Part shown: piece after piece, positions 7,883-17,487 of the stretch
How positions within the stretch are numbered: the stretch's first letter is position 1
How the letters are laid out: each line of letters starts with the position of its first letter
From: Candidatus Limnocylindrales bacterium
GTDB lineage: Bacteria > Chloroflexota > Limnocylindria > Limnocylindrales > CSP1-4
Assembly (NCBI GenBank): GCA_035717865.1
Contig: DASTIE010000001.1
Span: 1 to 61,245 of the forward strand
Direction of reading: 5' to 3'
Length of the DNA: 61,245 nucleotides
Translations under genes and position numbers: made by a program
Notes under the pieces: generated by a model
The model's input: only the letters and a program-made list of their open reading frames with translations
The model's database searches: none
What the model was told of the DNA's origin: nothing

Positions 7883-10201
7883 ATGGCCGCCCTCGCAACC
7901 CGCCGCTCGTGGCGGTCCACCAGCGGCGAGCTCCTCGGAGGCCTGCTCGTCCGCGTGGATGCGTTCGCCACGGGGCTCGTGGCGGCCTTCGCCGGAGCAG
8001 GCGTCTTCGTGGTCGGGCTCGCGGATGCCCACGCCCGGACCGGGGGACCGTTCGCGCTGCTGCTGTTCTGGCCGGGGATCCTCCTGATCGTCGCGCCCGC
8101 CACGTTCCTCCTGCTGCGCGGCGCCGCGCTGCGAGAGGTCGTCGCGGCGCGGAGCGAGGCCCTGGTTCGGGTGCCCGGTGCTATCCCGATCGAGCGGGCC
8201 CGCGGGTTCAGCGCCGGGTCCCGGGCGATGGTCGTCGGCGCGCTCGCAGCCCCTGTCGCCTCGCTCCGGCGCGGACGACGGAGCGCGCTCATCGAGGATG
8301 AGACCGGCATCCTGGCGCTCGACCTCCGCGGGCGGATTCCGCTGTCCATGGAGGCGGGGACCCTCGTCGCCGCGACCGGTCGGATCGTCGAACGCCGGCA
8401 GCACCCGGCGCTGCGGGTGGCGACCGGCGACCTGCGGCTCCTGCGAGACGGGCGCGGCTGGACCGATCTCGGGCACGCGCTCCGGCCTCGGCCCGGCGAT
8501 GCGGCCTCCCACGCCCGAGGGCCGGCCACCGGCCGGCTCGCCGACGCGACCGAAGGGCCGGCCCCGCGTCGGTCGCCGTCGCGCAACGAGCGCGTCGCGA
8601 TGCTGCTGATCGTCGGCCTGGCGCTGTACCTGGTGAAGCTCATGCTCAGTCCGCTGGGGCTCACCGGCCCGGACGAGCTCACCCACTGGCGGACCCTCGA
8701 GGACATCCTCCGGAGCGGCCATCTCTTCCAGGACAACCCGCTCCTGCGCATCAGCCCGATCTACCCGGGCCTCGAGGCCGGAGCCGCGGGGGCCGCCGTG
8801 ACCTCCGGGCTCGGGGTCTTCCCGATCGCGATCGTCCTCATCGCCGTCGCGAAGCTCGTCACCGTGCTCGCGGTCTTCCTGATCGCGTCCTCCGTGAGCG
8901 GGTCCGCGAGGGTCGCCGGGGTGGCGACCGTGCTCTACATGGCGAACCCCAGCTTTCTCCTGTTCGACGCCGCGTTCTCGTACGAATCGCTGGCGATCCC
9001 CCTCGCGCTGGTCGCCATCTGGGCGATCCTCCACTGGACGCGCCACGACGGACGCGTCGGGTTGCACGCCGTGCTGGCGGCGATCGCGATCGCGGCCACG
9101 GCGGTGACGCATCACCTGACCTCGCTCGTCTTCCTGGGATTGCTCGTGACGTGGGCGGTCGTGTGGTTCCTGCGCGATCGGGGGCGGACGTCAGGCCGCC
9201 CGATCGTCGTCGCGGTCGTGTGGGCGTTGGCCTGCAACGTCGGCTGGCTGCTGATCGCCGGGACGCTCGCGTTGTCGTACCTCAGCTTCATCGTGAACGG
9301 CGGGATCCAGGAGCTGATCTCGATCGTGACCGGGACGCGGGAGGCGCGACAGCTGTTCGCGCCTCGTGCGGGGCTCGCGACGCCGCTCCCGGAGGTCGTG
9401 GTGGCGTACGGCGCCGTGCTGCTCCTGCTCGCGAGCCTGCCGTTCCTCATCCGGCACGCCCTTCGAAGCCGCCGACCGCCCGCGATCGTGGTCGTGCTGG
9501 CGCTCGCCGCGCTCGTCTACCCGGCCTCGCTCGCGCTGCGCTTCACGACGCTCGGCGCGGAGGTGTCGCAGCGCGCCTCCGAGTTCCTGTTCCTCCCGAT
9601 CGGGATCCTCGGCGCGGACTGGCTGGTGGGCCGCAGACGCACGAGCCGCCGGCTGCCGAAGCCGCTCATCGCCCCGATCCTGCTCGTGATCTTCGCGGGC
9701 GGGATCGTGGCCGGCGCGCCGCTGCTGTCGCGGCTGCCGGGCACGTATCTGGTCGCGGCCGAGCAGCGATCCGTGGAGCCCCAGGGGATCGAGACCGCCG
9801 CGTGGGTCCTGCGAGAGCTCGGTCCGGACAACCGGCTCATCGCCGATCGGACCAACGCGAAGCTGCTGGGCGCGATCGGCCTGCAGTACCCGGTCACGTC
9901 GGCGAACGAGCACATCGGGACCGCGTTCGTGATGTTCGCCCGGACGCTCGGGCCCAACGAGCTGAGCGTGATGCGCGAGGCGCGCGTCAAGTACGTGGTG
10001 GTGGACCTCCGCCTCTCGACGGACCTTCCGTCCTACCCCTTCTACTTCGAGAGCGCGGAGCCCGACGCGGGCGCCCACACCGAGCCGATCCCCATCGAGG
10101 CGCTCCAGAAGTTCGAGGGCCGCCCCGGAGTGACCCGCGTGTACGACTCGGGCGACATCCGGATCTACGACGTCAGCGAGCTCGTCGATGCCCCGCAGTA
10201 A
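7883..10201 (+). CDS. Large polytopic membrane protein, GT-C-like (possible DUF2206-type glycosyltransferase or polymerase) with an extra ~235-aa N-terminal module
   Basis: 772 aa. The ATG lies 3 nt after the GT2 stop. From ~aa 235 there are more than 10 TM helices, with ..GPDELTHWRT.. in the first loop, then a soluble C-terminal domain. Family assignment is by topology only. Confidence 0.5.
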   Translation: MAALATRRSWRSTSGELLGGLLVRVDAFATGLVAAFAGAGVFVVGLADAHARTGGPFALLLFWPGILLIVAPATFLLLRGAALREVVAARSEALVRVPGAIPIERARGFSAGSRAMVVGALAAPVASLRRGRRSALIEDETGILALDLRGRIPLSMEAGTLVAATGRIVERRQHPALRVATGDLRLLRDGRGWTDLGHALRPRPGDAASHARGPATGRLADATEGPAPRRSPSRNERVAMLLIVGLALYLVKLMLSPLGLTGPDELTHWRTLEDILRSGHLFQDNPLLRISPIYPGLEAGAAGAAVTSGLGVFPIAIVLIAVAKLVTVLAVFLIASSVSGSARVAGVATVLYMANPSFLLFDAAFSYESLAIPLALVAIWAILHWTRHDGRVGLHAVLAAIAIAATAVTHHLTSLVFLGLLVTWAVVWFLRDRGRTSGRPIVVAVVWALACNVGWLLIAGTLALSYLSFIVNGGIQELISIVTGTREARQLFAPRAGLATPLPEVVVAYGAVLLLLASLPFLIRHALRSRRPPAIVVVLALAALVYPASLALRFTTLGAEVSQRASEFLFLPIGILGADWLVGRRRTSRRLPKPLIAPILLVIFAGGIVAGAPLLSRLPGTYLVAAEQRSVEPQGIETAAWVLRELGPDNRLIADRTNAKLLGAIGLQYPVTSANEHIGTAFVMFARTLGPNELSVMREARVKYVVVDLRLSTDLPSYPFYFESAEPDAGAHTEPIPIEALQKFEGRPGVTRVYDSGDIRIYDVSELVDAPQ

Positions 10202-10955
10202 GGCGTTCGAGCATGTCGCGCTCTCGGTGCTCCTCGTGGTGGCCCTGGCCGCCTTCGCGGTCCAGCTTGCATTCGATCAGCCGGTGGGCGGCGCGCTGGG
10301 GCTGCTGCTCCTCACCGTCCCGGGCTACGCCATCAGCCGCTCCATCGGTCCGCGGCCGTCGAGCTGGCCGGAGATCCTGCTCGTCACCCTCGGCGCCACT
10401 TTGGCGATCGCGGTGCTCGGGGGTACCGTCGCCGGCCTGTCGCCTGCCGGCCTTGACGCAAGGACGATCGCGATCGTCGAGGTGGCGGTCCTGGCGGCGA
10501 TCGCGATCGCGTGGCTGCGCCGCGTCGTCCGCGGCCGCATCTCGCGGACCCGGCGGCTTCCCGGCCAACGCGTGGCGCTCGGATCGCTGTTCCTCGCCGG
10601 GCTCGGCCTTGTGCTCGCCGGGGCAGGGGTGGTCGTCGCCACGCGTGCCGCGCAGGACCAGCAACGGCCCGGGTTCGTGCAGTTCTGGAGCCTGCCGGCC
10701 CGCCCATCGATCGGCGCGAGCGTGGGCGTTCGAAACCTGTCCGGCGTCCCATTGGACTGCGCGGTCACGATCGATCGACCGGATCGCCAGGGTCTCGAAT
10801 GGAATGCCGGCGCGGTGGGCCAGGGGCAGACGGTGCTCGGGCTGCTGCCGCCGGCCGAGGCCGACGAGACCGCGCCGTGGCGCCTCGAGCTGTCGTGCAC
10901 CGGCGCAGGCGACGCCCCGATCGAGCGCCAGGTCACCATCGAGCCGCCGCGATGA
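10188..10955 (+). CDS. DUF1616-like membrane protein
   Basis: 4 TM helices, then ..PGFVQFWSLP.. and a beta-rich C-terminal domain. Overlaps the upstream gene by 14 nt. Confidence 0.5.
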   Translation: MPRSKAFEHVALSVLLVVALAAFAVQLAFDQPVGGALGLLLLTVPGYAISRSIGPRPSSWPEILLVTLGATLAIAVLGGTVAGLSPAGLDARTIAIVEVAVLAAIAIAWLRRVVRGRISRTRRLPGQRVALGSLFLAGLGLVLAGAGVVVATRAAQDQQRPGFVQFWSLPARPSIGASVGVRNLSGVPLDCAVTIDRPDRQGLEWNAGAVGQGQTVLGLLPPAEADETAPWRLELSCTGAGDAPIERQVTIEPPR

Positions 10956-12307
10956 CGCCCGATCCGATCCGCCTGCTCCTCGTCAGCGACTCGTACCCGC
11001 CGCTCATCGGTGGTGCGGACATGCAGGTCCAGATGATCGCCCGCGCCATGCGTGACGCGGGCCATGCCGTCACGGTGGCCACGCCGTGGCAGCCGGGGCT
11101 CGACCTGCGCGAGGATGACGGCGGGGTGGCCGTGCACCGCACGCGAGCGCTCGCCACGCGGGTGCCGTGGTTCGCGAAGGACCCCGGCCGGCGGCACCAT
11201 CCGCCGTTCCCGGACCCCGGCACGACGCTGGAGCTCCGCCGGCTCGTGCGCGAGCTCCGTCCGGACGTCGCCCATAGCTACGGCTGGATCAGCTACTCCA
11301 CGGCGGCCGCGCTTCTCGGCACCGACGTGCCGCTGCTCCTCTCGGCCCGCGACTACGGCTACATCTGCGCGGTCCGCAACTTCCTGTACTACCAGGGCCG
11401 CGTGTGCAGCGGCCCGAGCCTGGCCAAGTGCCTTCGGTGCGCCGCGCATACGTACACGCAGGACGAGGCGGGGAACGCCGTCCTCGGGCGCGCGGGCACG
11501 CCGGTGACGGCCCGCCACCGGGTCCGCGGCGCGGGCAAGGCGATGGCGGCGGTGGGCTCCATCTATCTCGGCTGGCCGTTGCTCACCCGGCGTCTCCGGG
11601 GCCTCCACAGCGTCAGCACGTTCGTGCGCGGCGTCATGGACCGCTTCCTGCTTCAGTCGCGCACCAGCCGCGAAGTTCGGGTCGACGTGGACGAGGTGAT
11701 CCCGAGCTTCCTGCCGCCGCAGGAGCGCGACAAGCCGGACCCAGCGCTGCTCGCGCGGCTTCCGGACGAGCCGTACATCCTGTTCGTCGGCGCGCTGCTG
11801 CCGCAGAAGGGGATCTGGCCGCTCCTCGCGGCGTATCGCCTCCTGCAGGCGCCCGCCCCTCCGCTGGTCCTCCTCGGGCCGAGCTCGTACAAGTCGCCGA
11901 CGGAGCTCCCCGACGGCGTGCTTGCGCTGGGCGGCACGACCCATGCGACCGTGATGGCCGCCTGGGACCGTGCGCTGTTCGGTGTCGTCCCCTCGGTCGG
12001 CGCGGAGACGTTCGGGAACGTCGTGACCGAGGCCATGAGCCGCGGCCGCGCGGTCGTGGCGTCTCGACTGGGCGGGATCGTCGACATCATCGAGGACGGG
12101 CGCTCAGGGCTCCTGGTGCCCCCCAACGACCCTGCCGCGCTTGCCGCCGCGATGCAGGGTCTGATCGACGATCCCGCGCTGCGCGATCGCCTCGGTGCGG
12201 CCGCCCGAGACCGCGTGCAGCTGTACGCCGCGTCGCGCGTCCTGCCGCGGTTCGAGGCCCTGTACCGCGAGCTCATTGCGGCGAGACGCACGGCAGGTCC
12301 GGGATGA
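10952..12307 (+). CDS. Family-4 (GT-B) glycosyltransferase
   Basis: ORF 10511..12307 trimmed to the ATG at 10952 (ATGA overlap with the previous stop). ..LLLVSDSYPPLIGGADMQV.. and ..ETFGNVVTEAMSRGRAVVASRLGGIVDIIEDGRSGLLVPP... Confidence 0.85.
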   Translation: MTPDPIRLLLVSDSYPPLIGGADMQVQMIARAMRDAGHAVTVATPWQPGLDLREDDGGVAVHRTRALATRVPWFAKDPGRRHHPPFPDPGTTLELRRLVRELRPDVAHSYGWISYSTAAALLGTDVPLLLSARDYGYICAVRNFLYYQGRVCSGPSLAKCLRCAAHTYTQDEAGNAVLGRAGTPVTARHRVRGAGKAMAAVGSIYLGWPLLTRRLRGLHSVSTFVRGVMDRFLLQSRTSREVRVDVDEVIPSFLPPQERDKPDPALLARLPDEPYILFVGALLPQKGIWPLLAAYRLLQAPAPPLVLLGPSSYKSPTELPDGVLALGGTTHATVMAAWDRALFGVVPSVGAETFGNVVTEAMSRGRAVVASRLGGIVDIIEDGRSGLLVPPNDPAALAAAMQGLIDDPALRDRLGAAARDRVQLYAASRVLPRFEALYRELIAARRTAGPG

Positions 12308-13677
12308 CCGAGCGCGCGCGCCCGCCCGTGACCGTGCTGGGGCGGCTCAGAGACCTCGTCCGCGGCGGAACCGGCACGCTGATCCTCAACGCCGGGAGCC
12401 TCTTCGGGGGCACGCTCCTCACGGCCGTCCTCGGGGCCGTCTACTGGGCGCTCGCGGCCCGCTTCTTCACCCCGGCCGCCGTCGGGGTCGCGGCGGCGGC
12501 GATCTCCGCGATGGTCCTCGCGGGCCAGGTGGCGACGGTCGGGCTCGGGACCGTGCTCATGGGCGAGCTGCCGCACCACCGTGGCTCGGAGCGGAGCCTG
12601 ATCTTCTCGGGCGTCGGGGTCGCGGCGGTGGTCGGGCTCGGCCTGGGCGTGGCGGTGATCGCCGTTGCCGGGGCGTTCATCCCCGAGCTGGAGGCGATGC
12701 GCGGCCTTGTGGCGGTCGTGCTCTTCGGCGTCGGCGCCGGCGTCACGGCCGCCGGACTCGTGCTCGACCAGGCGTTCCTCGGGCTGCTCAAGGGCGGCCT
12801 CCAGCTCATCCGGAACGGGCTCGCGTCCGTCGCCAAGCTCGCCGTGCTCGCCGCGGTCGGCCTCGGGATCGCGGGGACGCTGGAGGGCGAGGTCCTCTTC
12901 GCGACGTGGGTCGTCGGCGGCATCGTGTCGATGGTCCTGCTGTTCGCGGTGCGGCTGGTGACGCGATCCGGCCCGACCAGGACGGTCTGGCGCTCGCCGG
13001 GGCGCCTGCCCGTGCTCGCGGCGCGGCACCACCTGCTCAACCTGTCGATCCTCACGCCCGGGCTCGTGCTTCCGCTGGTGATCACCGCCGTGCTCTCGGC
13101 GGAGGCCAACGCCTACTTCTACATCGCGTACCTCATCGCGAGCTTCGCGTTTGCCGGACCGTCGGCATTGACCACGGCGCTCTACGCCTCCGGCTCGCGC
13201 GACCTCGCCGGCCTCACCTCCCGCGTCCGATTCGCATTCTGGCTGTGCACCGCGGCCGGGATCGCCCTCAACGTCTTCATGCTCGTCGGCGCGGAGCCGC
13301 TGCTCTCGATCTTCGGCGTGGCCTACGCAGAGAATGCGGTCACGCTGCTGCGGGTCTTCAGCCTCGGCATCTTCGCGGTCACGATCAACAGCCTTTTCGT
13401 GCCGATCGCGCGGGTCGAGCGGCGATTCCTGCAGGGCGCGGTCCTGATGGTGCTGAGCATGGCGATCGAGCTGGCGTTCGTTGTCGCGGGCGCGCTCCTG
13501 GGCGGTCTCGACGGCGCCGGCGTGGGCTGGCTCGTCGGCTACACGCTCGGGATCCTGCCGCTCGCGCCGACCGTCTACCGCGTCGGGGTTCGCGGCAACG
13601 TCCGGCGCATCGACACGGACCTGCTCGGAAGGCTGCCGGCGCCGGCCGGATCGGAGGATCGTCGTGGCATCGAGTAG
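12304..13677 (+). CDS. Polysaccharide biosynthesis protein / MOP-type (Wzx-like) flippase
   Basis: ORF 11404..13677 trimmed to the ATG at 12304 (ATGA overlap). About 12-14 TM helices throughout. Confidence 0.6.
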   Translation: MTERARPPVTVLGRLRDLVRGGTGTLILNAGSLFGGTLLTAVLGAVYWALAARFFTPAAVGVAAAAISAMVLAGQVATVGLGTVLMGELPHHRGSERSLIFSGVGVAAVVGLGLGVAVIAVAGAFIPELEAMRGLVAVVLFGVGAGVTAAGLVLDQAFLGLLKGGLQLIRNGLASVAKLAVLAAVGLGIAGTLEGEVLFATWVVGGIVSMVLLFAVRLVTRSGPTRTVWRSPGRLPVLAARHHLLNLSILTPGLVLPLVITAVLSAEANAYFYIAYLIASFAFAGPSALTTALYASGSRDLAGLTSRVRFAFWLCTAAGIALNVFMLVGAEPLLSIFGVAYAENAVTLLRVFSLGIFAVTINSLFVPIARVERRFLQGAVLMVLSMAIELAFVVAGALLGGLDGAGVGWLVGYTLGILPLAPTVYRVGVRGNVRRIDTDLLGRLPAPAGSEDRRGIE

Positions 13678-15277
13678 GCCCGACCGCGTTCCGTCGGACC
13701 GGGCCGCGTCGCCGGTCGCACGAGGCGCTGCGGAAGACGGCCTGTCGTTCGCGGTCGCGACGGACGCGCCGGTCCTCGAGCGCTGGCAGGCCGACGTCGT
13801 GGAGGCGCTCCACGCCAGGGGCTTCGCGATCGAGCGCTGGCTCCATGCCGGCGCTGCGCAGCCGTCGCCAGCAGCGCACGCCGTGGCCCTCGAGCTGATC
13901 GCGCCGGAGGACGTACCGGCGAGCCTGCCGCAGCCCGCGGCGATGCGCAACGGCGATCAGTTCCCACCGGTCGACGTCCTCCTGGACCTCACGAGGGCCG
14001 GTGTCGAGCCCGGAGTTCGCACGCATGCAGGAGCGACGTGGGCATTCTCCTTCGGCCGCGAGGCCGCAAGCGATCCGGTGAGCGCCGCGATGCGCGCCAT
14101 CGTTCGCGGGCCGGCGCCCATGCCGGTGGCGCTGAGGGCAATGCCCGGCGGCGACGTGCTCAGGAGCGGCGTGATCCGCACGACGTCCGGCTCGCTCAGC
14201 ACGCAGCTGGATCGCCTGCTGCTGGAGCCCGCGACCTGGCCCGCACAGGTGGCCCGCGAACGCCTCGTGGCCACCGGGCATCTCGCGTCGCCGATCCCGA
14301 AGGGCGCAGCACCGGCGGCGACCCCCGCGACCCCCGCGACGGAGTTTCCGGCGATTCCGATGCCGCTCCTCCGGCTCGGGGTCGCTGGCCGCGAGGCCCT
14401 CACGGCCGCCGGATCACTCGTGCGACACACCGAGTGGAGCGTCGGCCACGTGCGCCGGCCGATCGAGGGCTGGCTGGACGACGGCTCGACGCCTGCCGTC
14501 TCGTGGCTCCCGCATCGGCCCGGGCGGTACGCGGCGGACCCGTTCGGCATCGAGGTTGGTGACGCGACTCACGTCCTGTTCGAGGACTTCGACCAGCGCC
14601 GGACCCGTGGCGTCATCAGCGCCGCGACAATCGATGCGCACGGCATCTGGTCCGAGCCCGAGATCGTCCTCGACACGCGCTCCCACGCGTCGTATCCGTA
14701 CCTGGTCCAGACAGACGGCGAGACATGGCTGATCCCGGAGACCTCCGACGTCGCCGAGGTTCGCCTGTACCGGGCGCTGGAGCTCCCGCACCGCTGGACG
14801 CTCGAGGCGCGGCTGCTCGAGCAGACGCACGTCTCCGACGCCACCGTCGTCCGGCACCAAGGCCGCTGGTGGATGTTCGGCACGTCGCGCGGCCGCGGCG
14901 TCGACGAGGCGCTGCGCATCTGGCACGCGCCGGCGTTGACGGGGCCCTGGCAGCCCCACGAGCTGGACCCCGTGAAGATCGATGCCCGTTCGGCGCGTCC
15001 GGGGGGCACCCCGTTCGTGCGCGACGGCGTCCTGTATCGACCCGCCCAGGACTGCTCGATCCGCTACGGCGGGCGGCTGGCGATCAACCGCGTCGAGGTC
15101 CTCGACGAGCGGCGCTTCGCGGAGGCGCCGATCCGGTTCGTGGAGCCGATTCCGGCGTTCCCGGATGGGCTCCACACCCTGAGCGCCGCCGGCTCCGCCA
15201 GCCTGATCGATGGCAACCGGACGCGGTTCGTCGCAGCGGCCCTGCGAGCGCAGCTGGGCGCGCGTCTGCGCCGCTGA
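13664..15277 (+). CDS. Two-domain protein: N-terminal formyltransferase-like region plus C-terminal GH43-like/GINT1-like beta-propeller region
   Basis: GTG at 13664, preceded by GGAGGA and overlapping the flippase stop by 14 nt. The C-terminal part (..WSVGHVRRPI.., ..DPFGIEV.., ..LFEDFD.., ..ASYPYLV.., ..RPGGTPF..) resembles bacterial proteins annotated as the glucosamine inositolphosphorylceramide transferase family. Assigned from memory, not searched. Confidence 0.5.
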   Translation: MASSRPDRVPSDRAASPVARGAAEDGLSFAVATDAPVLERWQADVVEALHARGFAIERWLHAGAAQPSPAAHAVALELIAPEDVPASLPQPAAMRNGDQFPPVDVLLDLTRAGVEPGVRTHAGATWAFSFGREAASDPVSAAMRAIVRGPAPMPVALRAMPGGDVLRSGVIRTTSGSLSTQLDRLLLEPATWPAQVARERLVATGHLASPIPKGAAPAATPATPATEFPAIPMPLLRLGVAGREALTAAGSLVRHTEWSVGHVRRPIEGWLDDGSTPAVSWLPHRPGRYAADPFGIEVGDATHVLFEDFDQRRTRGVISAATIDAHGIWSEPEIVLDTRSHASYPYLVQTDGETWLIPETSDVAEVRLYRALELPHRWTLEARLLEQTHVSDATVVRHQGRWWMFGTSRGRGVDEALRIWHAPALTGPWQPHELDPVKIDARSARPGGTPFVRDGVLYRPAQDCSIRYGGRLAINRVEVLDERRFAEAPIRFVEPIPAFPDGLHTLSAAGSASLIDGNRTRFVAAALRAQLGARLRR

Positions 15278-15289
15278 CGCCCGAGCGGA

Positions 15290-16447
15290 TCAGGGCAGGC
15301 GACCGCCGAACTCCGGCGATCGAGCGAGCGCTCGGAACGCCTTCAGCGACGCGGCCGAGGAGTTCACCCGCCAGTCGATCCCGAGCGAGGTCTCGTTCTT
15401 GCTGAACCAGATCACGGCACGCACCTCCGGCAGGTCGGTCGTGATTCGCGCCAGGCTTGTCCGGATCCAGGCGGCCTTGTCACCGCCGACCTCGCTCGAG
15501 CCGGTCTCCGCGATCATCAGCGGTTTCCGCGAGAGCGCGCGGACGTGCTCGATCGACGCCGCGAAGATGTCCTTTATCGTCTGCCAGCGGGTGCTGCTCC
15601 AGGACGTGCCGCGGTTGAACCCGTCCAGCCCGACCCAGTCGACGTACTCGTCGCCGGGGAAGACATCCGCGAACGCCGTGCCGAGCCCATCGTTGTCGAC
15701 GTTCGGCGACCAGACCCAGCGGATGTTCGTTGCCCCGGCATCGCGGGCGAGGTCGACGATGTGCCGCCACGCGGCGACGAACTGCGCCGGCGTGTTGCCG
15801 TTGGCATAGGCGCACCACGAAGCCCACCAGCCATTCATCTCGTACATCGGGCGGACGTACAGGTCGTGGCCCCATGCCGCCACGTCGCGGACCCACCGCT
15901 TGATGTAGGCGTCGTGGCTGCCGTTGATGATGCTTCGCAGCGACCAGCGGCGGTCCTCGACCGGTCCGGCGGTCGGCTCCCAGGAGATCATCGGCATCGC
16001 ACCGCGCTCGCGAATCGCGTCCGCCGTCCTCGGCGAGAACGCCGACCACTCGTCGGCCCAGCTCTGGTACCACATGATGATCCTGGGCTTCGATCCGACG
16101 AGCTTCCCGTACGCGTCGATCCTGCTCGGATCGCTCGCGGCGCCCGGAATGAAGGCGCCGAGGGCAATGGAATCGCCGCCGGGATCGGTGTCGGTCGGCC
16201 TGGGCGAGGCGTCCAGTGGATCGTCCGTCGGCTCGACCGCCGGCAGCCACGAGGCCGACGGATGCTCGAGCGGTTCTGCCGTGGCCGTTGGCGCACTCGA
16301 GGCGTCGCCGACCGATCCGCTCGCCACGCCGCCGATGCCGCCCCACGACAGCAACGTCAGGGCGAGCACCGCCACGGCGGCCGGGGTGATCGATGCCAGG
16401 AAGCGGTTCTTCACGGTCCTCCGCGCGTGATGCACGTAGCGGGGCAC
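15290..16447 (-). CDS. Glycoside hydrolase family 26 (beta-mannanase-like), membrane-anchored or secreted
   Basis: N-terminal hydrophobic anchor. ..IIMWYQSW.., ..MISWEP.., ..LYVRPMYEMNGWW.., ..WVWSPN.., ..DWVGLDGFN.., ..LMIAETGS.. follow the GH26 pattern. Confidence 0.75.
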   Translation of the reverse strand: MPRYVHHARRTVKNRFLASITPAAVAVLALTLLSWGGIGGVASGSVGDASSAPTATAEPLEHPSASWLPAVEPTDDPLDASPRPTDTDPGGDSIALGAFIPGAASDPSRIDAYGKLVGSKPRIIMWYQSWADEWSAFSPRTADAIRERGAMPMISWEPTAGPVEDRRWSLRSIINGSHDAYIKRWVRDVAAWGHDLYVRPMYEMNGWWASWCAYANGNTPAQFVAAWRHIVDLARDAGATNIRWVWSPNVDNDGLGTAFADVFPGDEYVDWVGLDGFNRGTSWSSTRWQTIKDIFAASIEHVRALSRKPLMIAETGSSEVGGDKAAWIRTSLARITTDLPEVRAVIWFSKNETSLGIDWRVNSSAASLKAFRALARSPEFGGRLP

Positions 16448-16540
16448 GCGAAATGCCCCGCGTCAGGCTACGGAGCGGCGCGCAGCAGTCGCATCAAGGG
16501 GTGGCCGCCCCTCGTTGCCCCTGCCTAAAGCTCGAAATCG

Positions 16541-17386
16541 CTACTCGCGAGCTCGAATCCAGTCCACCAGGAGCGCGGCGCCGTCCGGCGTGGTGGCATC
16601 GGACGGGCCGCACCACGAGCCGCCCACGGCGAGGTTGACGATCAGGGGCAGCGGCACGTCCGGGATGTGCTCGCGATCGATGAACCGCCAGACCTCCCTG
16701 TCGTCGAGGAAGAACGCGACGTGGTCCGGGCGCCAGTCGACGGCGTAGACGTGGAAGTCGAGGCTCAGGTCCTCGCCGCGCGTGTCACCGTCGTCCTGGC
16801 CGCCCACCCAGCGCACCGTGTTGTGGAGCAGCGAGACGTCGTTGCCGTCGTTGGCGCCGACCGGGTTGGCGCAGACCTCCATCGTGTCGATCTCGGCCTC
16901 CCGGCCATTGCCCGCGGCGTAGCTCCAGAATGCGGGCCACAGGCCCTTGCCGCGCGGCAGCTTCATGCGCGCGTCGAACCGGCCGTAGCGCTGCGTCCAC
17001 GTCGTCTTGGTGTCCAGCAGCTGGCTGACCCAGCCGTCTCCAGCCCGTGAGGCGGTGATCGAGAGCACGCCGTCCTTCACGGCTGCCTGGGAGCTCGCCC
17101 AGGTGTTCTCGATCCCGTCGAAGTCGAAGTGCTGGATCCACGAGGGGCTCAGCGCGTCGCCGTCGAAGTCGTCGTAGAACGTGTAGCCGCTGGGAAGGGG
17201 CGTGAGCCGCGGCGTCGTCGTCGGCGGTGCCGAAGGGACCGCGTCGGACGCCGAGGTCGTGGTGGCATTCCCCGAGTCCGACGCCGCAGGCGGGGGCGTC
17301 AGATGGGGAGGCGCGGGGCCGCCGCTTCCCAGGGCCAGCACGACGCCGGCAAGGACGAGGGCAGCCAATATCGCGACGATGCGCAT
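16541..17386 (-). CDS. Secreted glycoside hydrolase family 16 (beta-glucanase/laminarinase-like)
   Basis: Signal peptide MRIVAILAALVLAGVVLALG. ..GLWPAFW.. and the catalytic motif ..EAEIDTMEV.. (E-x-D-x-x-E). Confidence 0.8.
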   Translation of the reverse strand: MRIVAILAALVLAGVVLALGSGGPAPPHLTPPPAASDSGNATTTSASDAVPSAPPTTTPRLTPLPSGYTFYDDFDGDALSPSWIQHFDFDGIENTWASSQAAVKDGVLSITASRAGDGWVSQLLDTKTTWTQRYGRFDARMKLPRGKGLWPAFWSYAAGNGREAEIDTMEVCANPVGANDGNDVSLLHNTVRWVGGQDDGDTRGEDLSLDFHVYAVDWRPDHVAFFLDDREVWRFIDREHIPDVPLPLIVNLAVGGSWCGPSDATTPDGAALLVDWIRARE

Positions 17387-17429
17387 CCACGGTCAGTCTG
17401 CGCGAGGCGCATCGGATGGGCAGACCCGG

Positions 17430-17455
17430 AGATGCCGCCGATCTCTCGGCGGCAT
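17430..17455 (-). terminator. Terminator-like hairpin downstream of the large GH16 gene
   Basis: Perfect 11-bp stem GATGCCGCCGA/TCGGCGGCATC with a 4-nt loop, 33 nt after the stop at 17488. No clear U-tract. Confidence 0.55.
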
Positions 17456-17487
17456 CCCAACCGATCTCGCGAGGTTCCGCGGCCTGG

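Noticed and set aside
11653-13950. 765-aa minus-strand ORF, together with the 757-aa and 567-aa plus-strand alternatives
   Set aside because: These overlap the GT4 and flippase genes. Only the frames starting at the ATGA junctions (10952 and 12304) give GT-B motifs and TM helices.
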